32,000 nucleotides of DNA from contig NC_008340.1 of NCBI RefSeq assembly GCF_000014785.1, positions 30,001-62,000 of the forward strand, given 5' to 3'. The translations under genes and the position numbers were made by a program. Below are positions 17,474 through 26,925 of the stretch, one piece after another. The stretch's first letter is position 1, and every line of letters starts with the position of its first letter. Under the pieces are notes generated by a model. The model had not been told where the DNA came from. It did no database searches and saw only the letters and a list, made by a program, of their open reading frames with translations. Source of the DNA: Alkalilimnicola ehrlichii MLHE-1 (lineage in GTDB: Bacteria > Pseudomonadota > Gammaproteobacteria > Nitrococcales > Halorhodospiraceae).

Positions 17474-18725
17474 GCCGATCCCTCGTCATCGCCAGTGGGT
17501 GTGCAGGGCTGTGTCAAAGCCATCGCCTGGCGCAGGGCTGCCTCCTGCCGAATCGGCTCAATACGCGGCACGTTAGGGGCCGGCTCCACCTCCCTTTGCG
17601 ATGCCAACTCCGCCTCCCGCGGCACCTCCGGTGCGAGGGCCGCCTGGCCCGAGCCCGATCCAGGGCTGCCCCCGGAGTTCATGCGGATGCCGGGGCCGCT
17701 GAGGGTGATGCCCGAGGGATCGACCTTGATGAAACTGCCGCCCGCCTGGAGGGTGATCTCGGCACCGGCGTCGATGACCGCCTTGTGCCCCGACTTGACG
17801 TGCAGTTCCCGGCCGCATTCGCTCAGCCAGGCCTCACCGGCTTTGAGATGCAGGGTGCCCTCCACGCTGAGATGCTGATCCCCACCGGTGCGCTCGCGCC
17901 GCTCGCCCTGCACGGTGAGGTGCTCGTCGCCGTGGATCTCCGCGAGCCGGTCGCCGTGGACGCCCAGGTGGCTGTGGCGGCCGATGGTCTCGGAGCGGTC
18001 GTTGCGGGTGTGCAGGTCGAGATCGCGCTGGGCGTGCAGGTGGATGCGCTCGGCCTCGCGGGCATCCTCGAAGTGCAGTTCGTTGTAGCCCTCACCGTCC
18101 TGGCTGCGGCTGCGCAGCACGCTGCGGGTCTTGTGCGCGGGCAGCGGATAGGGCGGGGTGTTGTGGCCATCGTAGACCCGGCCGGTGATCACCGGCTGAT
18201 CCGGGTCGCCGGCCAGGAAGTCGACGATCACCGCATGGCCCACCCGGGGCAGGAACAGCCCGCCGTAGCCGGGCCCGGCCCAGGGCTGGGCGACGCGCAG
18301 CCAGGCGCTGGCGTGCTCGTCATCGGCGGCGTAGCGGTCCCAGGGGAAACGGACCTTGACCCGGCCGTGCTCATCGCAATGGATCGCCTCCCCCTCGGGG
18401 CCCACCACCCGGGCGATCTGCGGGCCCTCCATCCGCGGGCCGGCGTCCGGGTCGTGGGGCGGGCGCCGGTGCGGCCGCGCTGGAACTCGGTGACGATGCC
18501 GTGGACCCGGCGGGTGACCGCACCCCCCTGATGGATCACCAGCGCCAGGCCCTGCTCAAGCCAGTCGTCGGGGGCGATATCGGGCGAGGGGTGGACCAGG
18601 TCCAGGGTCAGCGTGAAGGGCCGGGAGAGGTGCTCATCCAGCAAGAACCCGGTGACCCGGGGCAGGTCGGCCTCCGCCGCGCCGGGGCGCGAGAGGGCGA
18701 GGTACAGTCCGTTGTCCGTAGGCAT
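17470..18725 (-). pseudogene. vgrG: vgrG with a large internal deletion (most of the gp27-like domain missing) and a frameshift
   Basis: The N-terminal ORF (from 18725) gives about 85 VgrG-like residues ending [16 protein letters not shown] different frame then starts with [32 protein letters not shown], a motif that normally sits near residue 390, and continues through the gp5-like repeats to the [10 protein letters not shown] tail. The locus spans only 1256 nt, versus about 2 kb for an intact vgrG. Confidence 0.75.
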
Positions 18726-18760
18726 GGCCAGTCCGTTGGCATGGGAATCCGATTCGGAGC

Positions 18761-18789
18761 AGCCTAAGAGGGGGCCCCGGACCTGTCAA
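18761..18789 (-). promoter_or_regulatory. Candidate sigma70 promoter for the vgrG-effector operon
   Basis: On the minus strand: TTGACA (18789-18784), 17-nt spacer, TAGGCT (18766-18761), about 35 nt upstream of the vgrG ATG. Motif match only. Confidence 0.3.
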
Positions 18790-18817
18790 GCAAACCACCG
18801 GGGCAGCGTGTGGGGGG

Positions 18818-18829
18818 GGCTTGCAAGCC
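18818..18829. promoter_or_regulatory. Perfect 12-bp palindrome GGCTTGCAAGCC abutting a G8 tract in the divergent T6SS intergenic region
   Basis: Read directly from the sequence. G8 spans 18812-18819. Possible regulator binding site. Confidence 0.25.
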
Positions 18830-18938
18830 GGAATCGGTCCGTGCTAATCCTAAAACGTAGCCAGGAAGGCTACCCGATCCAGTCAACGCGGTTTGCTGTG
18901 CTGCAGTGGGCCGCGCCGAATCAAGGAAGAGTAAGTCA

Positions 18939-18952
18939 GACAATGGATTGTC
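18939..18952. promoter_or_regulatory. Inverted repeat GACAAT-GG-ATTGTC, possible operator upstream of tssB
   Basis: Read directly from the sequence, 127 nt upstream of the tssB ATG. Confidence 0.25.
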
Positions 18953-19078
18953 TCCCTATTCATGCCACCGGTATACCCGGTATCCCCGTTCAGCCGCACC
19001 CCATGAGGGTTGTGGATCGCCCTTGCGTGCGTGCTGTCCCCCGCTCCGTTCTGCGAGCCCACCACAGGGAGTGAAACG

Positions 19079-19588
19079 ATGTCCGACCAAGGAACGGTCG
19101 CGCCCAGAGAGCGCATCAATATCCGTTATGTGCCCGCCACCGGAGACCAGGCGTCCGAGGCCGAGCTGCCACTGAAGCTGCTGGTGGTTGGCGACTTCAA
19201 GGGCGGTTCCGAGGAGACGCCGATCGAGGAGAGAACGGCGGTCTCCGTGGACAAGAACAACTTTCACTCCGTGCTCGCCGAGTCGGGCCTGGGCCTGGAG
19301 GCCTGCGTGCCCAACCGGCTGCAGGCCGGTGACGAGGTCAGCGATCTGCCCGTCCGCCTCTCCTTCAAGGCGCTGGATGACTTTGCCCCCGACCGGTTGG
19401 CACAGCAGGTGCCGGAACTCCGCAAGCTGGTGGCCCTGCGTGAGGCCCTCGTGGCCCTGAAAGGGCCGCTGGGCAATATCCCGGCGTTCCGCAGGCAGTT
19501 GCAGGACCTGCTGGAGAGCGAGTCGGTCCGGGAACGGTTGCTGGAGGAACTGAAGCGCGTCACGTCCCCTGAGGACGACACCGAGTGA
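19079..19588 (+). CDS. tssB: T6SS contractile sheath small subunit TssB (VipA)
   Basis: MSDQGTVAPRERINIRYVPATGDQASEAELPLKLLVVGDFKG is canonical TssB. ATG at 19079 is preceded by GGGAG. The ORF-track start at 19010 is too far upstream. Confidence 0.9.
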   Translation: MSDQGTVAPRERINIRYVPATGDQASEAELPLKLLVVGDFKGGSEETPIEERTAVSVDKNNFHSVLAESGLGLEACVPNRLQAGDEVSDLPVRLSFKALDDFAPDRLAQQVPELRKLVALREALVALKGPLGNIPAFRRQLQDLLESESVRERLLEELKRVTSPEDDTE

Positions 19589-19622
19589 TCGGTGCCCGCA
19601 ACGGAAGCGAGGAGTCACCCCA

Positions 19623-21101
19623 ATGAACGAAATGGTAGCCGAGCACACCGCGTCAGCGGCATCGGACGGCCCCCTGCTGGACCAGATCATGGCCAAGACC
19701 CGCATGGCGCCCAGCGACGAGGGCTACGATATCGCCCGGCAGGGTGTTGCGGCCTTCATCAGCGAGCTGCTCAAGGGTGAGGGGGAGGAGACGCCGCAGG
19801 TCAATAAAGCGGTGGTCGACCGGATGATCGTCGAACTGGACCGCAAGATCGGGCAGCAGGTGGACGAGATCCTTCATCTGCCCGAATTCCAGCGCCTGGA
19901 GTCCGCCTGGCGTGGCCTCAAGCTGTTGGTCGATCGCACGGACTTCCGCGAGAATATCCGCCTGAACCTCCTCCATGCCAGCAAGGAGGAATTGCTGGAG
20001 GATTTCGAGTTCTCGCCGGAACTGCCCCAGAGCGGGTTGTACCAGCACGTCTACGCCTCCGGTTACGGTCAGTTCGGCGGCGACCCGGTGGCGGGGGTCA
20101 TCGGGGTCTACGACTTCCAGCCCACCACCCCGGACATCAAGCTCCTCCAGTACAGCGCCGCCGTGGGGGCCACCGCCCACGCCCCCTTCATCTCGTCGGT
20201 GGCCCCGGAGTTCTTCGGTATCGAGCGTTACCAGGACCTGCCCAACATCAAGGACCTGGCCGCCACCCTTCAGGGGCCCAAATACGCCCGTTGGCGCAGC
20301 CTGCGTGAGAGCGAGGATGCCCGATACCTCGGCCTCACGGCCCCGCGCTTTCTGCTGCGCATGCCCTACGACCCGGTGGAGAACCCGGTAAAGACCTTCA
20401 ACTACCGGGAGTCGGTCAGCGAGAGCCACGAGCACTACCTGTGGGGCAACACGGCCTATCTGTTCGCCGAGCGGCTTACCGACAGCTTCGCGCGTTACCG
20501 CTGGTGCCCGAACATCATTGGCCCGCAGAGCGGCGGTGCCGTGGAGCACCTGCCGGTGCATACCTTCGAGTCCATGGGCCAACTGCAGGCCAAGATCCCT
20601 ACCGAGGTGCTGATCACCGACCGGCGGGAGTACGAACTGGCCGAGGAAGGGTTCATCGCCCTGACCATGCGCAAGGACAGCGACAACGCCGCCTTCTTCT
20701 CGGCCAACTCGGTGCAGCGGCCCCGGCGCTTTCCCAACACGGCGGAGGGCCGCGCGGCGGAGACCAACTTCAAGCTGGGCACGCAACTGCCCTATCTGTT
20801 CGTCGTCAATCGCCTCGCCCACTACATCAAGGTGCTGCAGCGCGAGCAGATCGGTGCCTGGAAGGAGCGCCAGGACCTGGAGCGGGAGCTGAACGACTGG
20901 ATCCGGCAGTACGTGGCGGACCAGGAAAACCCGCCGGCGGAGGTGCGCAGCCGGCGCCCCCTGCGCGCCGCCTCCATCCAGGTCTCCGACCTGGAGGGCG
21001 ATCCGGGCTGGTATCAGGTCTCGCTGGCCGTGCGTCCCCACTTCAAGTACATGGGGGCCAACTTCGAGCTCTCCCTTGTCGGTCGACTGGACAAGGAGTA
21101 A
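19623..21101 (+). CDS. tssC: T6SS contractile sheath large subunit TssC (VipB)
   Basis: 492 aa with TssC motifs: LPEFQRLESAWRGLKLLV, APFISSVAPEFFG, RFLLRMPY. Confidence 0.95.
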   Translation: MNEMVAEHTASAASDGPLLDQIMAKTRMAPSDEGYDIARQGVAAFISELLKGEGEETPQVNKAVVDRMIVELDRKIGQQVDEILHLPEFQRLESAWRGLKLLVDRTDFRENIRLNLLHASKEELLEDFEFSPELPQSGLYQHVYASGYGQFGGDPVAGVIGVYDFQPTTPDIKLLQYSAAVGATAHAPFISSVAPEFFGIERYQDLPNIKDLAATLQGPKYARWRSLRESEDARYLGLTAPRFLLRMPYDPVENPVKTFNYRESVSESHEHYLWGNTAYLFAERLTDSFARYRWCPNIIGPQSGGAVEHLPVHTFESMGQLQAKIPTEVLITDRREYELAEEGFIALTMRKDSDNAAFFSANSVQRPRRFPNTAEGRAAETNFKLGTQLPYLFVVNRLAHYIKVLQREQIGAWKERQDLERELNDWIRQYVADQENPPAEVRSRRPLRAASIQVSDLEGDPGWYQVSLAVRPHFKYMGANFELSLVGRLDKE

Positions 21102-21107
21102 CCGGCC

Positions 21108-21536
21108 ATGGCGTTGTCCCGGTCCTATCCGAGGGGTCCCCGGCTTTTCGAGCGTCTGGGGGGGCTGCCGCTGGACCCCGGCCCGTCCGCCGCCGACGGT
21201 GGTGTCCTGATCGAATCGATCAAGGCGCACCTGGCGGACCTGCTCAACAGCCACCCGGGGCACTGCGCCTGCGCCCCCGGGCTGGGCCTGGTGGACTTCA
21301 ACGACGCCACCCTGGGGGCGTTGGACCTGAGGTTAAGCATCCGGCGGGCTGTCCGCGACTGCATCGAGCGCTACGAGCCGCGTATCCGCCAGGTGTCGGT
21401 GGAAGTGATGGATCAGGGCAGCGAGCCGGCCGCGCTGCGGTTCAAGCTCCACGCGGTCCTCAACACCGATCGGGGAGACCAACGCACCACGCTGGACCTC
21501 ATGCTCAGCGACCGTCATTACCGGTTCATCGACTGA
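21108..21536 (+). CDS. tssE: T6SS baseplate subunit TssE (gp25-like)
   Basis: 142 aa. LFERL...SIKAHLADLLNS...IERYEPRI pattern, positioned between tssC and tssF. Confidence 0.8.
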   Translation: MALSRSYPRGPRLFERLGGLPLDPGPSAADGGVLIESIKAHLADLLNSHPGHCACAPGLGLVDFNDATLGALDLRLSIRRAVRDCIERYEPRIRQVSVEVMDQGSEPAALRFKLHAVLNTDRGDQRTTLDLMLSDRHYRFID

Positions 21537-21549
21537 AGGCGGATCGGAG

Positions 21550-23319
21550 ATGACCATGCTGAACCGCTACTACCGGGACGAACTCAACTTCCTTCGCCAG
21601 GAGGGCAGGGCGTTCGCTCAGGCGTATCCGCACCTCAGCCGTTTCCTCTCGGAGCCGGGGGACGACCCGGACGTGGAGCGGTTGCTGGAGGGCTTCGCCT
21701 TCCTCACCGGACGCATGCGCGAGAAGGTGGAGGATGAGTTCCCGGAGCTCACCCACTCGCTCATTAGCATGCTCTGGCCCAACTATCTGCGTCCGGTCCC
21801 GAGCATGACCATTGTCCGTTTCGATCCCCGGTGGCATGCGTTGCGTGCCGGGCACCGGCTGCCGCGCGGCACCGCGCTGCGGAGCCAGCCGGTACAGGGT
21901 ACCCCCTGCCGATTCCGGACCAGTCACGACGTCACCCTGTATCCGTTGGAGGTGGCCGGTGTTGACACCGCCCGTTCACGCAGCCGGTCCCAGGTGACGT
22001 TACGGCTTGCCGTGCACAGTGATCAGCCGCTCGCGGACCTGCCGGCCGATCCGCTGCGTTTCTATCTTGGCGGTGACGGCTATACGGCGCGCACGCTCTA
22101 TCTCTGGCTGCAGCATTATCTGGAGGGCGTGGATCTGGAGGTGGCCGGCGAGCGTCGCAGCCTGCCGGCGGACGCTATCAGTCCGGTCGGCTTCGAGCGT
22201 GATCAGTCCCTGCTGCCCTACCCGCGCAATAGTTTTCAAGGGTATCGCATCCTCCAGGAATACCTCTGTGTCCCGGACGCATTCCGTTTCCTTGACTTGC
22301 AGCGCTTGTCTGCCGCCCTGCCCCACGAGGCGGCCGACGAGATCCGGCTGGTGTTCCGTTTCTCACGCACCCTGCCGAGGGATGCCCGCCTGTCGGTGGA
22401 CCACTTCCAGCTCCATTGCACCCCGGCGGTCAACCTCTTCGAGCAGGACGCCGACCCGATTGACCTGACCGGCGAGCGTGCCGAGTACCCGATCCTGCCC
22501 AGTAGCCGTAACCCCGCCCACTACGAGGTCTATAGTGTCGATGCGGTGGAAGGGTGGCTCACCACGGGCAGCGGCCGGTTCCGCGGCGAGCCCCGCCGTT
22601 ATGTGCCCTTCGAGAGCTTCCAGCACCAGCTCGAGCGCGACCGTGGAGGGGATGCGCGCTACTACCGGCTCCGCGTACGGGAGAGCGTGCGCGACGACGG
22701 CTTCGCCCACGATATCGCCTTCGTACGGGAGGACGAGGTCTACCGGTTGGCGCACCATGAGACCGTCTCCTTGCGCCTGACCTGCACCAACCGGCGGTTG
22801 CCCGAATCCCTGGGCGTGGGTGACATCACCGACTTTGCCGACGACAGCCCCGCCCTGGTCACGGCCCGCAACATCACCCGGCCCACCCCTGCCCTCAGGC
22901 CGCAACTGGACGGCGGCCTGCTGTGGACGCTGATCTCCAATCTCGCCCTGAACTATCTCTCGCTGTTGCATACCGACGCGCTCCGTTCGGTCCTGCGGGC
23001 CTACGATTTTCGCGCGTTGGTGGACCGTCAGGCCGAGCGCGCCTCGCAGCAACGCCTGGCGGGCATACGGGCCATCGACACCGTGCCGGTGGATCGTTTG
23101 CACCACGGCCTGCCGGTGCGCGGGATGCGCTCGGTGGTAACGTTGGACGAAGCCGCCTTCGGTGACGAGGGCGGGCTCTACCAGTTCGGCTGCGTGCTGG
23201 CGCGCTTTCTGGCGCTGTACGCCAGCATCAACGCCTTTCACGAGCTGCAGGTCGTCAATCTCAGAAACCAGGAGCGCTACACATGGAAGTGGCAGCCCGG
23301 TCAGCAACCGCTGATGTGA
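21550..23319 (+). CDS. tssF: T6SS baseplate subunit TssF (VasA/ImpG)
   Basis: The N-terminus LNRYYRDELNFLRQEGRAFAQAYPHLSRFL is canonical TssF. 589 aa. Confidence 0.9.
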   Translation: MTMLNRYYRDELNFLRQEGRAFAQAYPHLSRFLSEPGDDPDVERLLEGFAFLTGRMREKVEDEFPELTHSLISMLWPNYLRPVPSMTIVRFDPRWHALRAGHRLPRGTALRSQPVQGTPCRFRTSHDVTLYPLEVAGVDTARSRSRSQVTLRLAVHSDQPLADLPADPLRFYLGGDGYTARTLYLWLQHYLEGVDLEVAGERRSLPADAISPVGFERDQSLLPYPRNSFQGYRILQEYLCVPDAFRFLDLQRLSAALPHEAADEIRLVFRFSRTLPRDARLSVDHFQLHCTPAVNLFEQDADPIDLTGERAEYPILPSSRNPAHYEVYSVDAVEGWLTTGSGRFRGEPRRYVPFESFQHQLERDRGGDARYYRLRVRESVRDDGFAHDIAFVREDEVYRLAHHETVSLRLTCTNRRLPESLGVGDITDFADDSPALVTARNITRPTPALRPQLDGGLLWTLISNLALNYLSLLHTDALRSVLRAYDFRALVDRQAERASQQRLAGIRAIDTVPVDRLHHGLPVRGMRSVVTLDEAAFGDEGGLYQFGCVLARFLALYASINAFHELQVVNLRNQERYTWKWQPGQQPLM

Positions 23320-24302
23320 GCCCGGGGCATCTCGCCACCCGCGCCCGGCACTACGATTTCTATCAGCTGGTGGAACTGCTCTTCCAGCAATGGGGCTGGC
23401 AGCCGGAAGCGGGGAGCGGAAGCGGTCCCCAGGTGGAAGGGGTGCGCTTCCGGGCCTCCGCGTCGCTGGGTTTTCCCGGCACCGACGTGGTGGCGCTGCG
23501 GCCCTGCCCGCGGGAGGGCCATATCCTCGAGGTCAGTTTTCTCGGGCTGCACGGCGCCCAGTCCCCGCTCCCTGGTTACTACCTGGAGCACTTGGCGCAC
23601 GCCAGTGCTCACGGTGAGGGGGCGGCCGTTGACCTGCTGAATTTCTTCCACCACCGGTTATTGACCCTGCTCCATTTCGCCTGGCGCAAGTATCGCCACT
23701 ACGTGCGTTACCAAGACGGGGCGCGCGACGGCTTCTCGGCGGCGTTGTTCGCCTTGAGCGGGCTGGCGGACAAGGACCTGCGGGCGGAAAGCCCGATCAA
23801 CTGGAGCAAGCTGCTGGCGTACGCCGGCCTGGTGGCGGGGCGGTCACGCTCGCCCGAGGTGGTGGGCGGCATCCTCGCTCATTGCTTCGACCTGGAGGAG
23901 GTGGCGATCGTGCCCTGGCAGGCGCGGTGGGTGGCGGTGCCCGACGACCAGCGCAGCCGGTGCGGCACGGCCTGTATGAGCCTGAACCGCGATCTCACCA
24001 TTGGCGACCGGGTGGTGGACATCAACGGCAAGTTCCTGATCCGCATTGGCCGGTTGTCCCGTCGCCGGATGGCGGATTTTCTCCCGGATGGGCGGGATTT
24101 CGCTCCGCTAAAGGCCGTGGTCGATTTCCTGTTGCGCGAGCCCCTGGCCTACGACCTGGAGTTGGAGCTGATGAGCGACCAGGTCCGGCCGATGCGTCTC
24201 TCCGCGCGGGACCCCGAGCGACTGGGCTGGACGACCTTTCTTGATCCACGAACCGATGCCATGCGCCGCCAGCGGCGCGTGCGCCTGCAGATAAGGGGGT
24301 AA
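23283..24302 (+). CDS. tssG: T6SS baseplate subunit TssG (VasB/ImpH)
   Basis: YDFYQLVELL motif near the N-terminus and about 330 aa. An alternative GTG start at 23316 forms a GTGA overlap with the tssF stop. Confidence 0.85.
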   Translation: MEVAARSATADVSPGHLATRARHYDFYQLVELLFQQWGWQPEAGSGSGPQVEGVRFRASASLGFPGTDVVALRPCPREGHILEVSFLGLHGAQSPLPGYYLEHLAHASAHGEGAAVDLLNFFHHRLLTLLHFAWRKYRHYVRYQDGARDGFSAALFALSGLADKDLRAESPINWSKLLAYAGLVAGRSRSPEVVGGILAHCFDLEEVAIVPWQARWVAVPDDQRSRCGTACMSLNRDLTIGDRVVDINGKFLIRIGRLSRRRMADFLPDGRDFAPLKAVVDFLLREPLAYDLELELMSDQVRPMRLSARDPERLGWTTFLDPRTDAMRRQRRVRLQIRG

Positions 24303-24306
24303 CAAC

Positions 24307-25017
24307 GTGTCCCTGCAAGCACCCACGGTGACCTTGGTGGTCATCAATCCCGAGATCATGGACGGCCGGGCCGCTGGCGCCCACGTCTTCGACACCCGGG
24401 GGGGCTGCCTGGGCAGCGACCCCGCCCTCAGTGACTGGTGCCTGCCGGATGCCGGGGGCCGTGTCCATGGGGTGCACGCTGCCCTGCGCTACGAGCAGGG
24501 GCGGTTCATCCTGGATGATGAATCCGGTGACACCCGCATCAATGGTGTCAGCCGGCCCCTGGGCCGCGGGCAGCGGGTGCTGCTCTCGGAGGGGGATGTG
24601 CTGGCGGTGGGCAACTACCGGCTTCGGGTGCTGTTCGGGGGCGCCGGCGACGCGTGCCCCGCGGCCGATCTGGCCGCCCTTGCCGGAGAACCAGAGGCGG
24701 TCATGACCAGCGAACGTCCGCCTTTGATGGCGGAGCGGGCGGACGCGGGGAGCGACCCCCTGGCGGCCCTGGGGGCCCCTTCGGTCGCCACCCACACGGT
24801 GGCCGACCCGCTGCGCGCCCTGGATGCCGCCACGACCTTCCCGCAGGAAGAGCGGCCCCTTTACGGGCCGGAGGTGCCGGCCGGCGATCAACACGCCATG
24901 ATGATGCCGTCCCGGCCCAGATACGGGCAGGATCGGCCCCGTTGCCCCCAGGCGGCCGAGGCGGCCATTGAGGCCGGGTTGCAGGCCGCGCGGCGCGAGC
25001 AGGAGGAGGGGGTATGA
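24307..25017 (+). CDS. fha: FHA-domain T6SS-associated protein (Fha/TagH-like, short form)
   Basis: The N-terminal FHA core is GRFILDDESGDTRINGVSRPLGRGQRVLLSEGDVLAVGNYRLRV. Same position as fha (VCA0112) in V. cholerae. Confidence 0.75.
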   Translation: MSLQAPTVTLVVINPEIMDGRAAGAHVFDTRGGCLGSDPALSDWCLPDAGGRVHGVHAALRYEQGRFILDDESGDTRINGVSRPLGRGQRVLLSEGDVLAVGNYRLRVLFGGAGDACPAADLAALAGEPEAVMTSERPPLMAERADAGSDPLAALGAPSVATHTVADPLRALDAATTFPQEERPLYGPEVPAGDQHAMMMPSRPRYGQDRPRCPQAAEAAIEAGLQAARREQEEGV

Positions 25018-25586
25018 CCATCAGTGGGTGTGCCCGTCCTGGCCGGCGCGGGTCGGTCCGGCTGTTGGCCCTGCTGGCCTGCCTGGTCATGGCGCCGGGG
25101 CTGTCCGGGTGCGCAGCGCCGTTGGAAGCGGCCGGAAAGGTGGGCCGGGTGCTTTGGGACCCGTCGATCCCGGTGGGCGAGCCGGAGGACCGGCCGTCCA
25201 CAGCGAGCCTGAGCCTGGTGGCCGATGGGGACGTGAACCCCAACCTGGTGGACGAGGGGACCCCCCTCATGTTCCGGGTCCTGCAGCTTCGGGATGACTC
25301 CATGCTAATGGCTGCCGACTATGGCCAGATGAAGGATGATCTGGAGGAGGCCCTGGGCACCAATTACCTGTCCCACGATGACTTCACCCTGCTGCCCGGC
25401 CAATTCAAGGTCTTCCAGCTGAAGGCACTGGAGGAGGATGCGCGCTACCTCGGCCTGGTGGCCTATTACGCCGAGCCGGATCGGGCGCAATGGAAGAAGG
25501 TGCTGCGCGTGGAGTCGCGCGGCCAGGACTACCACGTACTGGTGCATCTGCGCCGGCACGAAGCCGAACTCAAGGACGAGAGCTGA
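25014..25586 (+). CDS. tssJ: T6SS outer-membrane lipoprotein TssJ (VasD)
   Basis: Signal peptide with lipobox LSGC. SLVADGDVNPN and FRVLQLRDDS are TssJ-like. ATGA overlap with fha. Confidence 0.75.
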   Translation: MTISGCARPGRRGSVRLLALLACLVMAPGLSGCAAPLEAAGKVGRVLWDPSIPVGEPEDRPSTASLSLVADGDVNPNLVDEGTPLMFRVLQLRDDSMLMAADYGQMKDDLEEALGTNYLSHDDFTLLPGQFKVFQLKALEEDARYLGLVAYYAEPDRAQWKKVLRVESRGQDYHVLVHLRRHEAELKDES

Positions 25587-26923
25587 TGGTCTGCCGTAAC
25601 CGAGTCGTTTGGCGTGAAGGGGCGTTCATCAAACCGCACCACTTCCAGCAACAACAGCGCAGCCTCGAGGGGCTGCTGGACCTGCGGCTGCAGGCGGTCA
25701 GCGGCTACAGCCACGGCTTCCTGCAACTGGAACTGAACAGCGAATTCCTGGGCTTCGGCCGGATTGCGCTCACCCGGGCCCGCGGCATCATGCCGGACGG
25801 CACCGCCTTCGACCTGCCGGGCGATGACCTGGAGCCACCACCACTGGCCGTGGACGAGGCCGGCATGGCCAACCAGCGGGTCTACCTGGGGCTGCCCCTG
25901 GCCGGTGATGGCGTGGCCGAGGTCAGCGACGAGGACGCCATCAGGGATGATGGCCGCTACCGCCTGCATCGCCGGGAGATCTGGGATCTTCACACCAGTC
26001 CTGGAGATGTCGCTGAACTGGCGGTGGCCCGCGCCGCCCCGCGCCTGCTGTTGGAGCACGATGACCGCAGCGGTTATGCCTGCCTGGCAGTGGCGCGGAT
26101 ACTGGAGCGGCGCCCGGATGGTTCACTGGTACTCGATCCCGACTTTATCCCCACCACCCTGACCACCCGGGTGGCGCCCGGCCTGCAGCGGTTCATTGGT
26201 GAGGTGGCCGGGTTGATGCAGGCGCGAGCGCGTCGGATCGCACAGCGGCTGGCCGCTCCGCAGCAGGCCGGGGTGGCTGATGTCTCCGACTTCATGCTGC
26301 TGCAATTGCTGAACCGCCTGCAGCCCCGGTTCCAGCACCTGCAACAGCACCGGCGGCTGCACCCGGAGGCCCTCTACAGCCACATGCTGGAGGCCTGCAG
26401 CGAACTGGCGACCTTCACCGACGAGTCGCGGTTGCCCCGGCGCTATCCTCCCTACGACCACGATGCCCCCGATACCGCCTTCCGTGCGCTCATGCAGGGG
26501 CTCCGTCAGGCTCTCTCCACCGTGCTGGAGGCCCGAGCGGTGGCCATTCCCCTGGAGGCCCGCCGTCACGGGCTCATGCTCGCGCCGCTAAGCGATTCGA
26601 CGCTGCTGGACGAGGCCGAGTTCGTGGTCGCCGTGCGCGCGGACATGGCGGTGGAGACGCTGCGCCGACAGTTCATCCAGCAGACGAAGATCGCCGGTAT
26701 CGAACGCATCCGCGACCTGGTCAGTCTGCAACTGCCCGGCATTCCGCTCGTTCCGCTGCCGGTCGCGCCGCGCCAGCTCCCCTATCACGCGAGTCATATC
26801 TACTTCCAGCTCGACCGTCGCAGCGAGGCCTGGGGCCTGCTGACCGGTGCGAGCGGTTTCGCCTTCCACCTGGGTGGTGACTTCCCAGGGCTGGATCTCC
26901 AGTTCTGGGCAATAAGGAGTTGA
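25586..26923 (+). CDS. tssK: T6SS baseplate subunit TssK (VasE/ImpJ)
   Basis: MVCRNRVVWREGAFIKPHHFQQQQRSLE is canonical TssK. ATG at 25586 overlaps the tssJ stop; the ORF-track start at 25490 is too far upstream. Confidence 0.9.
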   Translation: MVCRNRVVWREGAFIKPHHFQQQQRSLEGLLDLRLQAVSGYSHGFLQLELNSEFLGFGRIALTRARGIMPDGTAFDLPGDDLEPPPLAVDEAGMANQRVYLGLPLAGDGVAEVSDEDAIRDDGRYRLHRREIWDLHTSPGDVAELAVARAAPRLLLEHDDRSGYACLAVARILERRPDGSLVLDPDFIPTTLTTRVAPGLQRFIGEVAGLMQARARRIAQRLAAPQQAGVADVSDFMLLQLLNRLQPRFQHLQQHRRLHPEALYSHMLEACSELATFTDESRLPRRYPPYDHDAPDTAFRALMQGLRQALSTVLEARAVAIPLEARRHGLMLAPLSDSTLLDEAEFVVAVRADMAVETLRRQFIQQTKIAGIERIRDLVSLQLPGIPLVPLPVAPRQLPYHASHIYFQLDRRSEAWGLLTGASGFAFHLGGDFPGLDLQFWAIRS

Positions 26924-26925
26924 TC

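Noticed and set aside
17470-18432. Treating the 320-aa ORF as an intact, naturally short VgrG
   Set aside because: It begins exactly at the gp5 OB-fold motif and has no Shine-Dalgarno sequence. An 85-codon VgrG N-terminus lies just upstream in another frame. A deletion plus frameshift explains the data better.
17281-18531. 416-aa plus-strand ORF across vgrG and the DUF4123 gene
   Set aside because: It lies antisense to frames with unmistakable VgrG gp5-repeat and DUF4123 motifs.
18811-19017. Canonical sigma54 promoters at TGGGGGGGGCTTGCA (18811-18825) and TGGATCGCCCTTGCG (19003-19017)
   Set aside because: Both have a GG-to-GC distance of 11 instead of the strictly conserved 12, and poor -24 boxes. 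They are kept only as a speculative note in the findings, not called as promoters.
19653-21263. 536-aa minus-strand ORF antisense to tssC, plus similar antisense ORFs at 22363-23307, 24022-24894, 27816-29534 and 30016-31266
   Set aside because: All overlap canonical T6SS core genes on the plus strand and have Arg/Gly/Pro/Ala-rich composition with no motifs.
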